Origin: Proteromonas lacertae
Lineage: Eukaryota
Length of the DNA stretch: 63,259 nucleotides
Assembly (NCBI GenBank): GCA_002245135.1
Contig: NGBS01000604.1
Span: forward strand, 62,001 to 125,259
Direction of reading: 5' to 3'
The stretch's first letter is position 1. The number at the start of each line of letters is the position of its first letter. Shown here one piece after another: positions 1 through 14,089 of this stretch. Both the position numbers and the translations under genes were made by a program. Below the pieces are notes generated by a model, which saw only the letters and a program-made list of their open reading frames with translations, did not search any database and was not told the DNA's origin.

Positions 1-1732
1 ACAATATATATTTCGAAATTTGGAGAATAAGGCTTTTAATCCCTTTGAATAAATGTTTTGGTTGTATTGAATATCTATTTTATTAAGATTTGGATATTTA
101 TATAATTCTGATGATAATAACATCATACATTCATCATTTAATTTCATTCCTCTAAGATCTAATTCATTATCTTTGTTGATTAATAAATTCAAATATGGAA
201 GTAACAATTTAAATCCTTTCACACCAATTCGATTATCTATTTCAAAAAATAACAATATGATTATAAATACATCGAAGATCTAAATATTTCAATTTCATTA
301 ATGGAATTGATTTAACAAACAATTCAATGAAATAGGAAGTAAGATTACAACTTGATAAATATAATGTTTGTAGATTTGATAATCCAGTCAAATATGATCC
401 AAATAATGATTGACGAATAATTGGTATCTGAATATAATCTATACAAATAACAATATATAGAAAAATACTAAATAACAGCTTAGTTGGATTGATTTTTCTC
501 AATATTCTAAATAAATAATTCATTCCTTCTTCACACAAACATATACGATCTGGTTCTATTTTCATCATTTCTTTATCGAAATAATTGCTTTTTATCTTAA
601 ATATTATCTCATCTAAATTACATTCTCCATATTTACATTTATGATGTATTTGATATTTCAATCTATCTTCAATTGAATTATCTTCTTTGTACATTTTCAT
701 CATCAATAATATTGACAATATTCTTTCATTTGGTTGAATATTGTAGGATTCTATCAATTTATCTCTAATCACTTCTCTTTTTTCACTTTCAATATAATAT
801 TTTGATGGATATTCTATTGGAAGTCTAACAATTGTATTATCATTATTATATAACATTTCTTTTCTTTCTTCACATATCATCATATTATCACCTTCATCTA
901 TCAATATTTCACTCATTTTTATCATTTCTTTCTTCAACTCTTTCAAACTCATTCTATCTTCATTCTTCACTTTCAACATTCTACATATCATCTCTTTCAT
1001 TCTATCATCACATTCTACATCTATATTGTATTTACATCTCACAATATTCTCTCTTGTTTTAAAAATATTATTATCTTCTGAAAATGGTAATTTCTTAAAC
1101 ATCATTTCATATAATATACACCCAATTGACCAAATCACACTTCCTTCATCATATTCTAATCCATTCAACTCTTCTGGACTTGTGAAGCATATATCATACA
1201 ATCTCATATCTTCTTCTTTTCTTATTTCATTCAAACATAAATCACATAACTTTAAAATACCATTCTCTTCATATATCACATTACTACTCTTCAAATTACC
1301 TACTACAATCTCATTTTCATTCAATACCATTACATCATCACATATTGAACTTATTATATCACATATTTCATTCACACATAAACAATTTTTAGAAACTATC
1401 TCTTTCAAGTCTCTACTGTAATATTCTCTACAATATATCATATATTCACCATCATCATTCATATCATACACTCTATATCGACAAATGAAGGAGGAACAAC
1501 AAACTAACAACAAACACTTATTTTCTAACAATTTTAATATTCGCTTCTCTTTTATTTCACATACATTAAACACTTTCAACTTTTGAATATCAGTTTCATA
1601 TTCTACAACTAAATCTAACTCATTAACACTTCTTTCTATTCTCTCTTTCTCCTAATAAAAATAAATTAATTATAATACTTTCATATCACATGCTAATTTA
1701 GCATATAACACTTTATCTATCAAATGCAACAT
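1..1732 (-). CDS. Pseudokinase-LRR protein, family A copy 1 (3' end runs off the window)
   Basis: ATG at 1732, a 27-nt GT-AG intron, then ORF 242..1579 with a kinase fold (GNLKSSN in place of HRDLKxxN, LKLCDL, SPE, WSIGCILYEM) followed by RI-like LRRs. Near-identical inverted copy of 25477..~27200. Confidence 0.8.
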
Positions 1733-1848
1733 TTCAAAATATTGAGTCGTTTCATTTATGGAATTTTTTATTTACATACACAGAAATCATTCTTACACAA
1801 TATTTGTTTATTATATTCATGTTTATTAACACTTGAAAAACAACTTTA
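1..1848. repeat. Inverted segmental duplication matching 25361..~27200
   Basis: The two 445-aa ORFs differ only at scattered residues. The ~115 bp upstream region and the introns are also shared. The shared block ends at 1848/25361. Confidence 0.9.
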
Positions 1849-1887
1849 TATAGAAAAAATAACATAAATATTTTGAAAGTGTTATCT

Positions 1888-2988
1888 TTACTCATTCTTA
1901 ACTTTCCAAATACCTAAACTATAACAACTCTTTATTATCATTAATTCTCTTAACATCGAGATTGAACTTTCAATTATACTGATTTTTGAACCATCAACTT
2001 CATGCCAATTTACACTCACTTCTTCTACATCAATTTTTAACTTTTTACATAATATTAATAACTCTATATCAAAGGACCATCTTTCAATATGCAAATCAAT
2101 AAAGATGTTTTGAACAGTATTATATCCAAATAATTTAAATCCACATTGAGTATCTTTGATTTTATCTTCATTTAATAACATTTCAACTATTAAATGAAAA
2201 CCATTCATTAATAATTTACGAATAATACTTCGATCAACTTTCTCATTCTCACTTCGACTTCCACATATCATTCCTTCTAAATTATTCATATCTTCTAATT
2301 TCTTTACATTTTCTTTTCTTAAGTTATTTATTTCTAATAATTTATTTTCTAAATATTCGAAATTGTTGAATTTGGTTGCACCATCCGCGTCAACCATTAA
2401 TCTCATATATCCTCGACTTCTCATCATTCCCATTCTCACTGCTCCTCCTTTACCTCGGTTTTTACTCAGTTTACATATGAATATATTTTCATTGTATTTC
2501 TTACAGTAATTGTTTAATACTATTTCGTACGTTCCATCAACACTTCCATCATCTACTACGATTATTTCCCATGTAAATAGTCTATTTATTTTATATTTAC
2601 AATTATTTATTCATTCTATATACTTGTCTGTTTTATTTCGATTAATACAATATTCAATTGCTTCATCTAACATAATAGGTATTCTTTTCTCTTCATTATA
2701 TGCTGGAACGATAAAAGAGACGTATATTGATGGCTTATCAGTGATTTTGGGGAAGTATTTTCTTGATCTATTAATAATACATTATTAAATCTTATATATA
2801 ATTTACTCTGTCTTAAAATCATAGTAAGTATTTTCTTCTTCAGTATCTACCCTCTTTTCGTGTTCTTTGGCAATCTGGATCGGTTTAATCAACCAACAAG
2901 CCAAAACAATCTATTATATCATATACATTGTATTTTATACAAGCAAAACTAAAATAAATACACCAACACAGCAAATAAGCCAAAACAT
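1888..2988 (-). CDS. ALG5: Dolichyl-phosphate beta-glucosyltransferase
   Basis: Spliced model: N-terminal TM (MFWLICCVGVFILVLL), SFIVPAYNEEKRI, WEIIVVDDGS, NRGKGGAVRMG, LMVDADGATKF, DTQCGFKLF, HIERWSFDIELL, WHEVDGSK. Confidence 0.9.
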
Positions 2989-3159
2989 CTCAAACTTTTT
3001 TTTTCTTGTTCGGTTCTTCGGTTTTCTATTGTTCTTTTTTGACAATATAAAGCCAAATACAGTCTGATTTGTTGTAAGCATTGCAGTTATAGCAATACAA
3101 GATAGTATATAATACAAACAACAACTAATTTAAAACAAAATACAATACATATTTATAAA

Positions 3160-4405
3160 TTAAATATACTCTGGATATTTTGATTTACCATATCCTCCAC
3201 ATCTACCACATTGGTTTAATGGTATACCTAAACTTAACAGCCTACTACATTCTTCACAATGAGTTCTTGTTATACATTTTTTCTTTCTTCCTAAATACAA
3301 AGGTTTATATCTGTTTGCTATTCTGTAAGCTTTTTTCAATACTTCTATTTAATAATTAATAATAAAATATAAATACGAGAATATCTTCTATTTGGTATAT
3401 TTCCAATTTTGTTGTTATTTTTACTCATTTTTGTCAATTCTTCTTCTTCTTCTTCTTCTTCTGCTATTTCCGATTTATTATAAATGCTATTCACATTTAA
3501 AAATAATCTATTAACATCATCTTCTATCACATTTCTATTTCTTTTCTTCTCTTTATTTATTAGTTTCTTCTGTTTCTTCAATTTCACAAGTGTTTCTTTA
3601 GATTTATTATAAATTTCATTTGCTTTATTTATTGTGTCATTTATATCACTTAAATACTTTTTATAATCGTAACTAGTAATACTACTACTATCACTTTTAA
3701 TATATACATTATTATTATTATTATTATTTGATTCCTCTTCACTTTCATCATAACTGTTTATTGAATTATCACTTGTCGAATAATCACTTGATTCTGCAGT
3801 TGTTGTTGTTGTTGTACTGCTTTTTCTCCTTCTATTATTGATACTACTGCTACTTGTAGAACTGTAACTTGTACTTCTTGATTTACTTTTTAATGGAACA
3901 GATTTTGTTTTTAGTTTGTAATTATAATCTATTTCGTTTTCACTTTCACTTTCACTTTCACTATCTGTCTGATTTATGGTTATATTTATTTGTTTTTTTC
4001 CATTATAATGTTTCCGAAGTGATGACGGTACTGAATACAATCTATGTGATATATCATCTACTGTTGTATGCAGTTGATCTAATTCTTCTTCTTGTCTTTT
4101 ATAAAATTTCTTTAGAGAGTGTAAATTTTGTTTCAATTTGGCATTTTCTAATTCTAAATTTGTATGAACTGATGATTTATCATAATAGTTGTATTTATTT
4201 TCTTCATCAGATATAAGACTATTATCATCTGATGAAAGATCATCTAAATAGCTTCTATCACCATCAACTGATTTATTTTTAATCATTTCAATAGCTTTCT
4301 ACAAAAATGTAAAAGTAATTATACTTGCAATTTGTTAATTTCAAGTTTATACAAGAAATTTTCCCTTTTAAGTTCTTTAACGATATTTTGATTCTTTGAA
4401 TTCAT
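3160..4405 (-). CDS. Hypothetical coiled-coil/Ser-rich protein with C-terminal CxxC...CxxC motif
   Basis: ATG 4405, a 26-nt intron, ORF 3345..4286, a second intron, then a last exon encoding HCEECSRLLSLGIPLNQCGRC with TAA at 3160. Confidence 0.65.
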
Positions 4406-4504
4406 TTTAAACTTGTTGAAAAATCAAATACAATTTAAAACAGTCATATTTTTGGTTTGAGAAGGCTTGAGAATATTTTTATATCTTTCTTTTTTATTCT
4501 TAAA

Positions 4505-6068
4505 ATGTCTTGTGATATTGGAGTTATTGGTATGGGTGTTATGGGTCAGAATTTGGCTTTGAACATAGCATCTCATGGATTCACCTGTGCTGTATATAAC
4601 AGAACAGCTGCAAAAGTATTTTGATTCAAAATTTTATTAATAGGTTGATGCTACTCTAGAAAGAGCAAAAGAAGAAAAATGTGGAGACTATGTAAAAGGT
4701 TACAAAGATGTATATTACAGAATACTAATCATTTAGATTGCTGAATTTGCAGCAGCTTTAAAAACTCCAAGAAAAACTATTTTATTAGTCCAAGCTGGAA
4801 AGCCTGTAGATGATGTAATAACTCAATTATTAGGTGTTTTCGAAGTATTTTTTTTTTAATTATATTTATTTAATAATAAATAGAAAGGAGATATAATAGT
4901 AGATGGAGGAAATGAATGGTATGAAAATACAGAAAGAAGAGGTGAAGTTGTAAAAGAGAAAGGGATTCTTTATGTTGGAATGGGAGTATCAGGAGGTGAA
5001 GTAGGTGCAAGACATGGTCCATCATTGATGCCAGGAGGTGCTAAAGAAGCTTATGATGCATTAGAGCCAATACTTAAGAAAATAGCAGCACAAGTAGAAG
5101 ATTCAGCTTGTGTGTGTTATATAGGCGATGGTGGTGCAGGAAATTATGTAAAAATGGTACATAATGGTATTGAATATGGAGATATGCAATTGATCTGTGA
5201 AGCTTACGATATTCTTAAAATTAGTGGATTATCAAATTCAGAGCTTCAAGAAATATTTAATGATTGGAATAAATCAGAATTATCAAGTTATTTAATCGAG
5301 ATTACAGGTAAAATACTCGGAAAGATGGATGAAGATGTAGAAGGTTGTGAAGTGAATAAAAATGATTATTTATTAGATAAAATATTAGATTGTAGTGGAA
5401 GTAAAGGAACTGGCATGTGGACAGTCCAAGAAAGTGCTAAAGAGTATGTAAGTTGTCCAACAATCGCTGAAGCTTTGTATGCAAGATATATGAGTAGTTT
5501 AAAGGATCAAAGAGCAACTGCATCTTCAATATTACACGGTCCTCCAAAATTTGACTTTAAATCGATCGATAAGGATCAATTAATAAATGATGTGAAAAGA
5601 TCACTATATTGTTGTAAATTGTGTAGTTATTCACAAGGTTTGAATTTAATAAGAGCTATGTCTATAAACAAGAAATGGAATATCAATTTATCAGAATGTG
5701 TAAGAATATGGAGAGGTGGCTGTATAATCCGTGCTAAAATACTTGATAGATTGTCTGCAGCTTATAGTAAAAACCCTGAAATTGATAGTTTATTAATAGA
5801 CCCTGATTTCGCAAAAGAATTGAATGATAGACAAGATAGTTGGAGAAGAGTGATTAGTTTGAGTGTAGCTACTGGATATACATTACCAGCGATGAGTGCT
5901 TCCCTCGGATACTATGATAGTTATAGAAGAGCAAGATTACCAGCTAATTTACTTCAAGCTCAAAGAGATTTCTTCGGTAGTCATATGTTTGAGAGAATTG
6001 ATAAGCCAAAAGGTGAATTTTATCATTGTCAGTGGACTCCAGAGCATTTTGGTGGATTAAAGGAATAA
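4505..6068 (+). CDS. PGD: 6-phosphogluconate dehydrogenase, decarboxylating
   Basis: [23 protein letters not shown] after ATG 4505, three short introns, then [56 protein letters not shown]. Confidence 0.97.
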
Positions 6069-6314
6069 AAAAGTGTTTTGTATAAATACAATTAATTGAT
6101 ATAGAAAATATATTATATTATTGTTATAAATGTTTTGTTTAATTATACTTATTTAATCATCCTAATTAGAATAAGAATAAGAATAAGAATAATAAGGATG
6201 GGGGTAAATTATCTATTATTCTTAATATTAAGTAAATAAAATATTCTATATGTAATACTGCATTGATCTTTTGAGAAATGAAGGTTGTCTTTTCATAAAA
6301 AAACACATTTCAAA

Positions 6315-7862
6315 ATGATTTTATTTCTTCTAATTTTCTTCTGTTTGATTTCAACTCCAGTATACAGCTTACCAGCTTCTGGAGTAACACTGCATATTGA
6401 TATCAGTATGTTTGTCAGTGGACTAAAAAAGGATGTGGCAATTTTGGATTATGGTGTTGTAGATGAATTAACAATGCGTTTAGCCAGTAGTATTGCCATG
6501 TATGATAATGTGACATATGCTGAATTCAAATGGGCTACTGATAATCTTCAAGAACCTGAAAATTACAATATCATAATAACATCTGATAACTACAAAGTGC
6601 TACAGAGTGATGTAACTGGAATTGAGCAATCTGGAATAGTACCAACCCAAGAGACACAGTAGTTTCATACTCATTAATTATATATTGTTATAGATGGAGA
6701 TTAAATTTGAGATGTATTCATGTAGCTCAAGCAGCTACGCCAATGAATTTGGCATTACAATTATATTCTCCAGATGGAACAAAAGAATTTACTGGAATTA
6801 ATGTTGCTCCAAAGAAAATATGTCAAACATTTCGTACACCAGCATGTACAAAATATCCAGAAGGCTTAAAAGAAGGATCAAATAGCAAAATATTTACTAT
6901 CTCTTCATTAAACTACTATGACTCAATATTAAAAGGAGATGATGATGAAAGAATAGAAGATTTATCCAATTATATGATTGGTTCAAAATCTCATATTTTT
7001 GTAATTCAAAATATGAATAAAGATCTACAAGAGCAACTGATGATTAATACATATGGTGTATTTCCATTTCATATATCTATACCGAGAATAAACGAAGAGT
7101 CTATATTAAACAGCGGATTACTTATATTATCTGCAAAACCAATTGTGGTATGTGATTATGTTGAATTTAATGAGTATGATGAATATAGAGATAATGGTAA
7201 ATTGTATGGAGCTGTAATAGCTGGTATTGAAATTGGACAAAATCGAATGGTATTTGTTATCAATTTAATCCAACCAGCTGAAGAATCTGATTATTCAGCT
7301 GATTATGATGTTTATTTAACAAAATTGAATAAAGAAGTGAATGATGTAATAACTAAATACAAATCAACTCATAAAGATATGTTAATAATGACAGTATATA
7401 CAGGTTACTTTGCAGCTGATAGTGGTGATTCTGATGCAACTACTGTTTATTATAATGATATTACTGAACAATTACATGTTGTTGATGCTTTTAATTCAAC
7501 AATATCTTTTTTTATTTCAATTTTTTCATTTTTCGATATTTTCTTTAATTTATAATTAAGACTGGGAAGTAACTGATAATTTAAAACATGTAAGAAGTGA
7601 ATTTATATTGATTCCTCGAGATAATAAAGAAATTTTCAATGAAGAAATTAATATAGAATCAACTAAAACAATGAATATTTCAAGTTCAAATTCTTATGAA
7701 TTTGATGGGGAAGAAATGAAATTAGTGAGTCCACATAGAGTAGTTACTGCTACCTTTAGATTCTGGCCTTCTTCTGAACCTGGAAATGATGAAGGCAATG
7801 CAATTATGAGATTTTCTACATTACTCTTTGTAATATTATTTATAATTGCATTAATTATATAA
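6315..7862 (+). CDS. Signal-peptide and C-terminally anchored (GPI-like) surface protein with a degenerate EEP/sphingomyelinase-like domain
   Basis: Signal peptide MILFLLIFFCLISTPVYS. Introns 6659..6693 (GT-AG) and 7502..7562 (AT-AC) join three ORFs in frame. EEP-like motifs IFVIQN, SGLLILSAKPI, TW..RSEFI, SPHRVVTATF. Hydrophobic tail FSTLLFVILFIIALII. Confidence 0.65.
7502..7562 (+). other. Candidate U12-type (minor spliceosome) AT-AC intron, 61 nt
   Basis: 5' end ATATCTTT, branch-like TTCTTTAAT ~14 nt from the 3' end, terminal AC. Removal fuses ...AFNST|WEVTD... exactly in frame. Confidence 0.75.
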
Positions 7863-7990
7863 TAGTGTGAAGTAAATATTTGTTTATTTGGTTGATTTTT
7901 GAAATAGTGGAAATTTGCTCGTTATGAAATTCAAATTCTTAAGGCTTGAGACTTGATATTTCAGTTTCACTTTTAATTTTTTAAATATAA

Positions 7991-10900
7991 ATGTCTCAAT
8001 ATTTCGAGCATGCCATTAAATTGAGTGATAGTGGTAATGCGAAGGCAACGAACATGCACTGGAGTGATACTGAGTCAATAGTTGGAATTAGTAACAGTGA
8101 AGGTGGTTTAGGGTTCTTTCAAGGAGAAGTATAATATATTATTTTTTATTAATATGATTTATTGATTTATAATGTATAGGGAACAAAGATAACTTGTCCT
8201 TTTGCTCGATCTGGTCATGTTTGCACTTCTTTTGGATGGAAACCTAATGTATAATAAATAAATAAATCATCAAATAATATCAAATAGGAAAAAATATGTG
8301 TAGCTGGTTGGGATGATGGCTGTATCTCCTACTGGAACAGCAAAGAAGGTGGACCAATCGATCATACAGGAATACATCGTACTAACGTATTAATGTTAGA
8401 ATGGAGTCCAGACGGTGAATTATTTATCACATGTGACAGTAGAGGAGGATTAGCAGTCTGGAGACCAGCTCAAAGAGGTCGTCTATCTAAGCCAATTTAC
8501 CACAATACCGACAATAGAATCATGAAACACGTAGCTTTCGCAAATCCAACTGAAATCAGTACAGGTAAAGAGAGTGGTATTTTACACACCTTCTTTTTAG
8601 CAGGCCAAAATAATTCTTTATATATGTGTGATGATATGAAGCAATGTATCTTTCTAAAGAGTTTTAAGAGTGAAATTGATCAATTATTGTTTTACAGTGA
8701 AAAGAGTAGGTTAGTGATATTATGTAATGATCAATCATTAATACAATTCTTATATTGTGATGATGGATCATTACAACCTTGTTCCAAAGTAAAATTGAAC
8801 ATAATGGGTACAAAGGGAATACTGAAAGCTGATTGGATAGCTCCAGGATTACTTGCAACGGTTAGTGGTGATTATAGTATAAAGTTCTGGGATTTGATGT
8901 ATGATAGTAATTATTCATTAACAACTTCATCATTTGCTAGTAAAGATGCAGGTGTAACAATCAAAGTAGTAAGTGCTAAAAGTAGAGAAAATAACCAAAA
9001 CAGTGATTCAAAAGAAGAAGAAAAGAAATTAAATTCAACAACCACAGTTACTCGTTCTAACTTTGGCATTCAAAAGAGAGATGAATTATACACGTTCGCA
9101 TTCGATAAGAACAGAAGAATACTCTGTGCAACAGGTAAACAAGGAACAATATACTTCTGGAAATATATCTATAAAACAAAAGATAATAATAATGATAATA
9201 ATGATCGTGTTCAAAGTTTAGAAGTACATTGGAAGCCATTAGATATCTTCCCAAACAATGATTTAGATAATTCTAATGGTGATGTCAGAGGTCCAAAACA
9301 GCTTGGTACTTATATGGCTTGGGGACCTGGAAATGGATGTGTAGTAGTGAATTTTAATGGACATCCTTATATATATAGTGAAAACACATTGAAAAGAATA
9401 TTAAGAGATAATATAGCAGCCGTTCAGATTAGCGCGAATGAGATATTAATAGATGATGGTGAAAAGAGTGGTAGTTATTTATACACAAATCCATTTACTA
9501 TTTATGGAATTGATATATCAAAGAATATTATTTTATTTCATAATGATAATACAGTCAATTTAATTGAAGTTGATCCAAAGGAACATACTACAAAGCAAAA
9601 AGGTACTTTTACTAGACAAAGTATAAGATGTATTGGTATATATGATGATAATATATATATTGGATGTGATAAAGGTGTGGAAATAGTCAACACAAGTGGT
9701 GTGAATAAAGGAGAAATTAGCTTTATGGAAGGTGAAGGAATACCAACTCATATTAGCATAAATAATGTATATATATATATATTGATATTTTTCTTCTCTT
9801 TTTCCCCTTTTTATGTATATATATATATAGAACTTCATGGCTGTCTGCACTAGTGGTAAAAATCTCCGTATATACGATATAAAGCGTAAAGATCCAAAAC
9901 TTCTTACAAACGGTGGAAAAATCGTCATTCATACTGAAGAAGGTGAAATTAAACCAATCATTCGATCAATCTCAGTCAACAGTGATGGTAAAAGAGTCAG
10001 TATACTATCAAATAAACATATTAGTGGAAGTATGATAGCTCCAGATCCTGTAATTTATATATTCAACAGTGAATTAGATAGTATCTTAACCTACAAATGT
10101 GAAAATGATTTTATACCAATGTTTCATTATTGGGATAATTGTGAATCAACATTATTATGTATTCAATGTAATAAAGAAGATGATTCTTTAGATATTAAAG
10201 CAAATATTCCATCAGTATTTGCTCAAGAAGATGAGAATGAGAATGAAAGTGTGATTATTTCTACGTTATTTTGTTCAAGTGAATACGGAGTCAAATTAGC
10301 AGATACTATTCATCAAAGTAAACAAGTGAATTGTCTGATGGGAATTAATGCTCCAAACTTATATTTTGCTAATAAAATTGGAAAAGATATAAAGAGTATA
10401 CATTATTTATTATATTTATATATAGATATTCAATTAATTAAAACCAGACTAATGAGAGATTTTGTTGGATTTCAAGAAGGTGAATTAGATGACAAAATGA
10501 AACGAGCATTGCTTGACTTCAGTTATAATCTCACTATTGGTAATATGGATGCTGCTTATGCAAGTGTAAAAAATATCAGTAATATCAATATATGGGAGAA
10601 TATGGCATTAATGTGTATTAAAACAATGAGATTAGATGTGGCTCAAGTCTGCTTGTCTCAAATGGGTCATGGCAGAGGTGCTCATGCTGTAAGAAAGTGT
10701 TTAATTGATGAAACCAATAGTAAAGAGGTAGTTGTAGCAATGTTAGCAATACAATTAGGACATTTGGATGAAGCTAAGCAATTGTATGAAAGTTGTGGAA
10801 GATATGATTTATTGAATGATTTATATCAAGCTGCTGGACAGTGGACGAAGGCATTAGAGATTGCTAGAGATAAAGACCGTGTACATTTGAGAACCACTCA

Positions 10901-12515
10901 TTTCCAATATGCTAAGCATTTAGAATCTATTCTTAACTACAAGAAAGCTATTGAACACTATGAAAGTGCAAATGTCAGTGTTACTGAAGTACCTAGGATG
11001 CTATATGATAAAGAAAATATGGGTGAGTTACAGGCTTATATACAACAAAGTAAAGATTTGAGATTATTGAAATGGTGGGGTCAATATTGCGAATCTAAAG
11101 GAGATTTCACTTCTGCATTAACCTATTATAAAAACAGTGAAGATATATTGTCACAAGTAAGAATCTTATGCAGTATGAAGAATTACGATGCTGCCTGTGA
11201 GTTAGTTCGAACAACAGGAGATCAAGCCGGCTCTTATCATTTGGCTAGACAGTTTGAAAGTCAAGGAGAAATACAAAAAGCCATAACATACTATATCAGT
11301 GCAAAGAAATATGGCCATGCTGTTACTTTAGCTAAAGATAGTGGATTAGACAATGATTTGTTGAATTTAGCCTTAATGTCAAGTAAAAAGAGACAAGTTG
11401 AAGTAGCTAACTACTTTGAAAATAAAGGTGAGATGGAAAAAGCAGTAAAATTATATCACAAAGCAGGACAAATCCACAAAGCCATGGACTTATGTAAGAA
11501 AGGTCAATTATACGATCTAATGGGAGAAGTGACTGAAGATTTATCTGAAGCATCACCAGAAATGTTATTAAAATGCACACAATATTTCATAGACAACGGA
11601 CAAGTAGATAAGGCAATTGAGCTATATGCAGCTAGTGGTAAATATGAAACTGCTTTAGAAATGATCGAGAAGAATAATATCAAAGTAACACCTGAAATAG
11701 TTGAGAAAATGTCAATTCCAAAAAGTGAAGATGCTGCAGCTGAAAAGAGAAGAGCTACATTATTAGTAAAGTTAGCAGATATATGTCAGAACCAAGGTAT
11801 GTTTAAAGAAGCTACTAAGATCTATGCTAAGGCAGGATATAAGAAGGAAGCTATAAATTGTTTAATTCGAAGTGGTGATACTGAAAAAATCATTTTCTTT
11901 GCAAATGTAAGTAAGAATAGAGAAGTATATTTATTGGCTGGTAATTATTTACAAGGACTGACAGAGAAAAACGATCCAACTATGATGACAACAATTGTAT
12001 CATTTTATACTAAAGCCAAAGCATACCGACAATTATCTAACTTCTATCAAAGTTATGCTCAAAGCCAAATTGATGAATATAGAGATTATCTAAAAGCACA
12101 ACAAGCTTTACTCAAAGCTCAACAAGCCTTGGATAAAGGATCAACTGATAAGAATGATGAGAGTTATATCACCTTATTAAACAAAATGAAATATGTGGAA
12201 GGTTATTGTGAAGCTCAAAATATGCTTGTTACTGATCAAGCTCAAGGATTGACAATGTGTTTGGCTTTATTGAAAATGCCAGATATTGAGATAATTGTAA
12301 GAATTGGTGATGTTTATACTTTAATTATAGAAACATATGTTGATAAGAAGATGTATAAAGAAGGATTGTACTATCTTCAAGAAATGCAGAATAGACAGAT
12401 AAATATAAGAGAATATGTTGATGAATCATTAATTTATGAAGTTTACAATGCATTAGGCATCGCTAGTGATGAGAAAGAAGATGATACTATTCCAGACGAT
12501 ATTGCTGATGATTAA
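7991..12515 (+). CDS. IFT140: Intraflagellar transport protein 140 (IFT-A, WD40 + TPR)
   Basis: N-terminal WD40 repeats, then MRDFVG..ALLDFSYNLTIGNMDAAY..WENMALMCIKTMRLDVAQVCL..GHGRGA, DRVHLRTTH, WWGQYCES, SGDTEKIIFFA, QIDEYRDY. Introns at ~8129-8179, 8249-8288, 9767-9830 and 10396-10425. Confidence 0.95.
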
Positions 12516-12672
12516 AAATATATATTTGATTATTACTTTATTATTTTTATTACTGTTTTTTTTTTTTTTGATTTATTTATGATTTGAAAAACAAGAATAA
12601 TTATTAATATTATAATTTTATGTTTTTTTTGTATCTATTGATATTCTTTGAAAAAGTAATTATTTAATTCCC

Positions 12673-13449
12673 TTAACAACAACCTTTCTTCTTTTCACCT
12701 TGACCAGCATTCACATTCTCAGAATTTATTTGCACTGTCCCAGAAGATGCAGGCTGAACAGCACCAGCTCCACCATCACCAGCTGCAGCACCTCCTTCCG
12801 TTGTATTTCCATTAGATAATATCGATGATTCAACTTGATTTTGATTCTTTAATAATTCTTTGGCAATGTATGTAAATATAGCTTGTACACCATCTCCTGT
12901 CTTTGCTGAAGTTTCAAAATAAGGTGAATTATATTTTAAAGCATATTCTTTTCCTCTTGCTGGAGTTATTACTTTTTCCATATCACTTTTATTACCAGCA
13001 ACAGCCATTACGATATTTTCACTTACATGCTTTCGCAATTCTTCAATCCAACCATCTAATTGTTCTAGTGTTTCTGGCTTTGTAACATCACAAACCAAAA
13101 TTGCTATTTAGATTATTATATTAAAGTAATATTATACCTGCAGCTGCTGATCTGAAATAAAGTGAAGCCATTGATTTGAATCTTTCTTGACCTATTATTT
13201 ATTATGAAGAATGACTCATACCTGCTGTATCCCATATTTGTAATGTTAATTTACTTCCTCCCATCACCAATCTCTTCATTAAAAATGAAGCACCTATAGT
13301 TGTAGAAGTATTGTCACAAAACTCACCATTTACATATCTAAGAGTTAAAGAAGTCTTTCCAACATCTATATGGTAAACAGATTTATTACTAAATTTATTA
13401 TACCAGATGGACCTATAACAACTATCTTCTTCTGCAATCCTTCAGACAT
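12673..13449 (-). CDS. Rab GTPase, Rab5/21/22 group
   Basis: Spliced (3 introns): GPSDVGKTS, TIGASF, WDTAGQERF, GNKSD, ETSAK, C-terminal CC. Confidence 0.9.
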
Positions 13450-13497
13450 TTTAAATCTTATGAAATACAAACCTATTCAAGCTTTTTATTTTAGTTA

Positions 13498-14058
13498 ATG
13501 CAGAAATCAATATGTTCTACTCCTGGTAAAGTCTTTGTTGTTGGAGGATATGTTGTGTTAGAGAAAAATGACGGATTGGTGTTTGAAACATCCTGTCGTA
13601 TAACCTCCATTACTGAATGGGTTGTATAATTATTCTGTAGTTATTTTTATTAGTCTTGCCAACATAAAACTCCAAATATACTCAAAATAAAAGTGTTTAG
13701 TCAACTGTTTAATAGTCCATCAGAATATCAAATTGATTTAAGTAATCAATTTCGTTCAATAACTGTTATGTATCATTTTCATAATTTCAATTATTTATCA
13801 TGAGTAGATTAGAGAATCAAGTTGATACACTTTATATCTACCACTGTATCGATTCATGTCTTGATATATTACTCAATCATACAACACTGGATAGTAGTAA
13901 ACCATTAATGAAAATATTACAAAAATATACAAACGATTATGAATTACATATCAAAATAGAATCTGACAAAGAGTTTTATAATAATATTTATAAAACTGGT
14001 TTAGGATCTTCTTCAGCTTTAGTAACCAGTTTATGTGGTTCAATTTATTCATTATTTC

Positions 14059-14089
<31 letters not shown>

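Noticed and set aside
6168..6196. (AGAATA)4 intergenic microsatellite
   Set aside because: Short and expected in AT-rich DNA.
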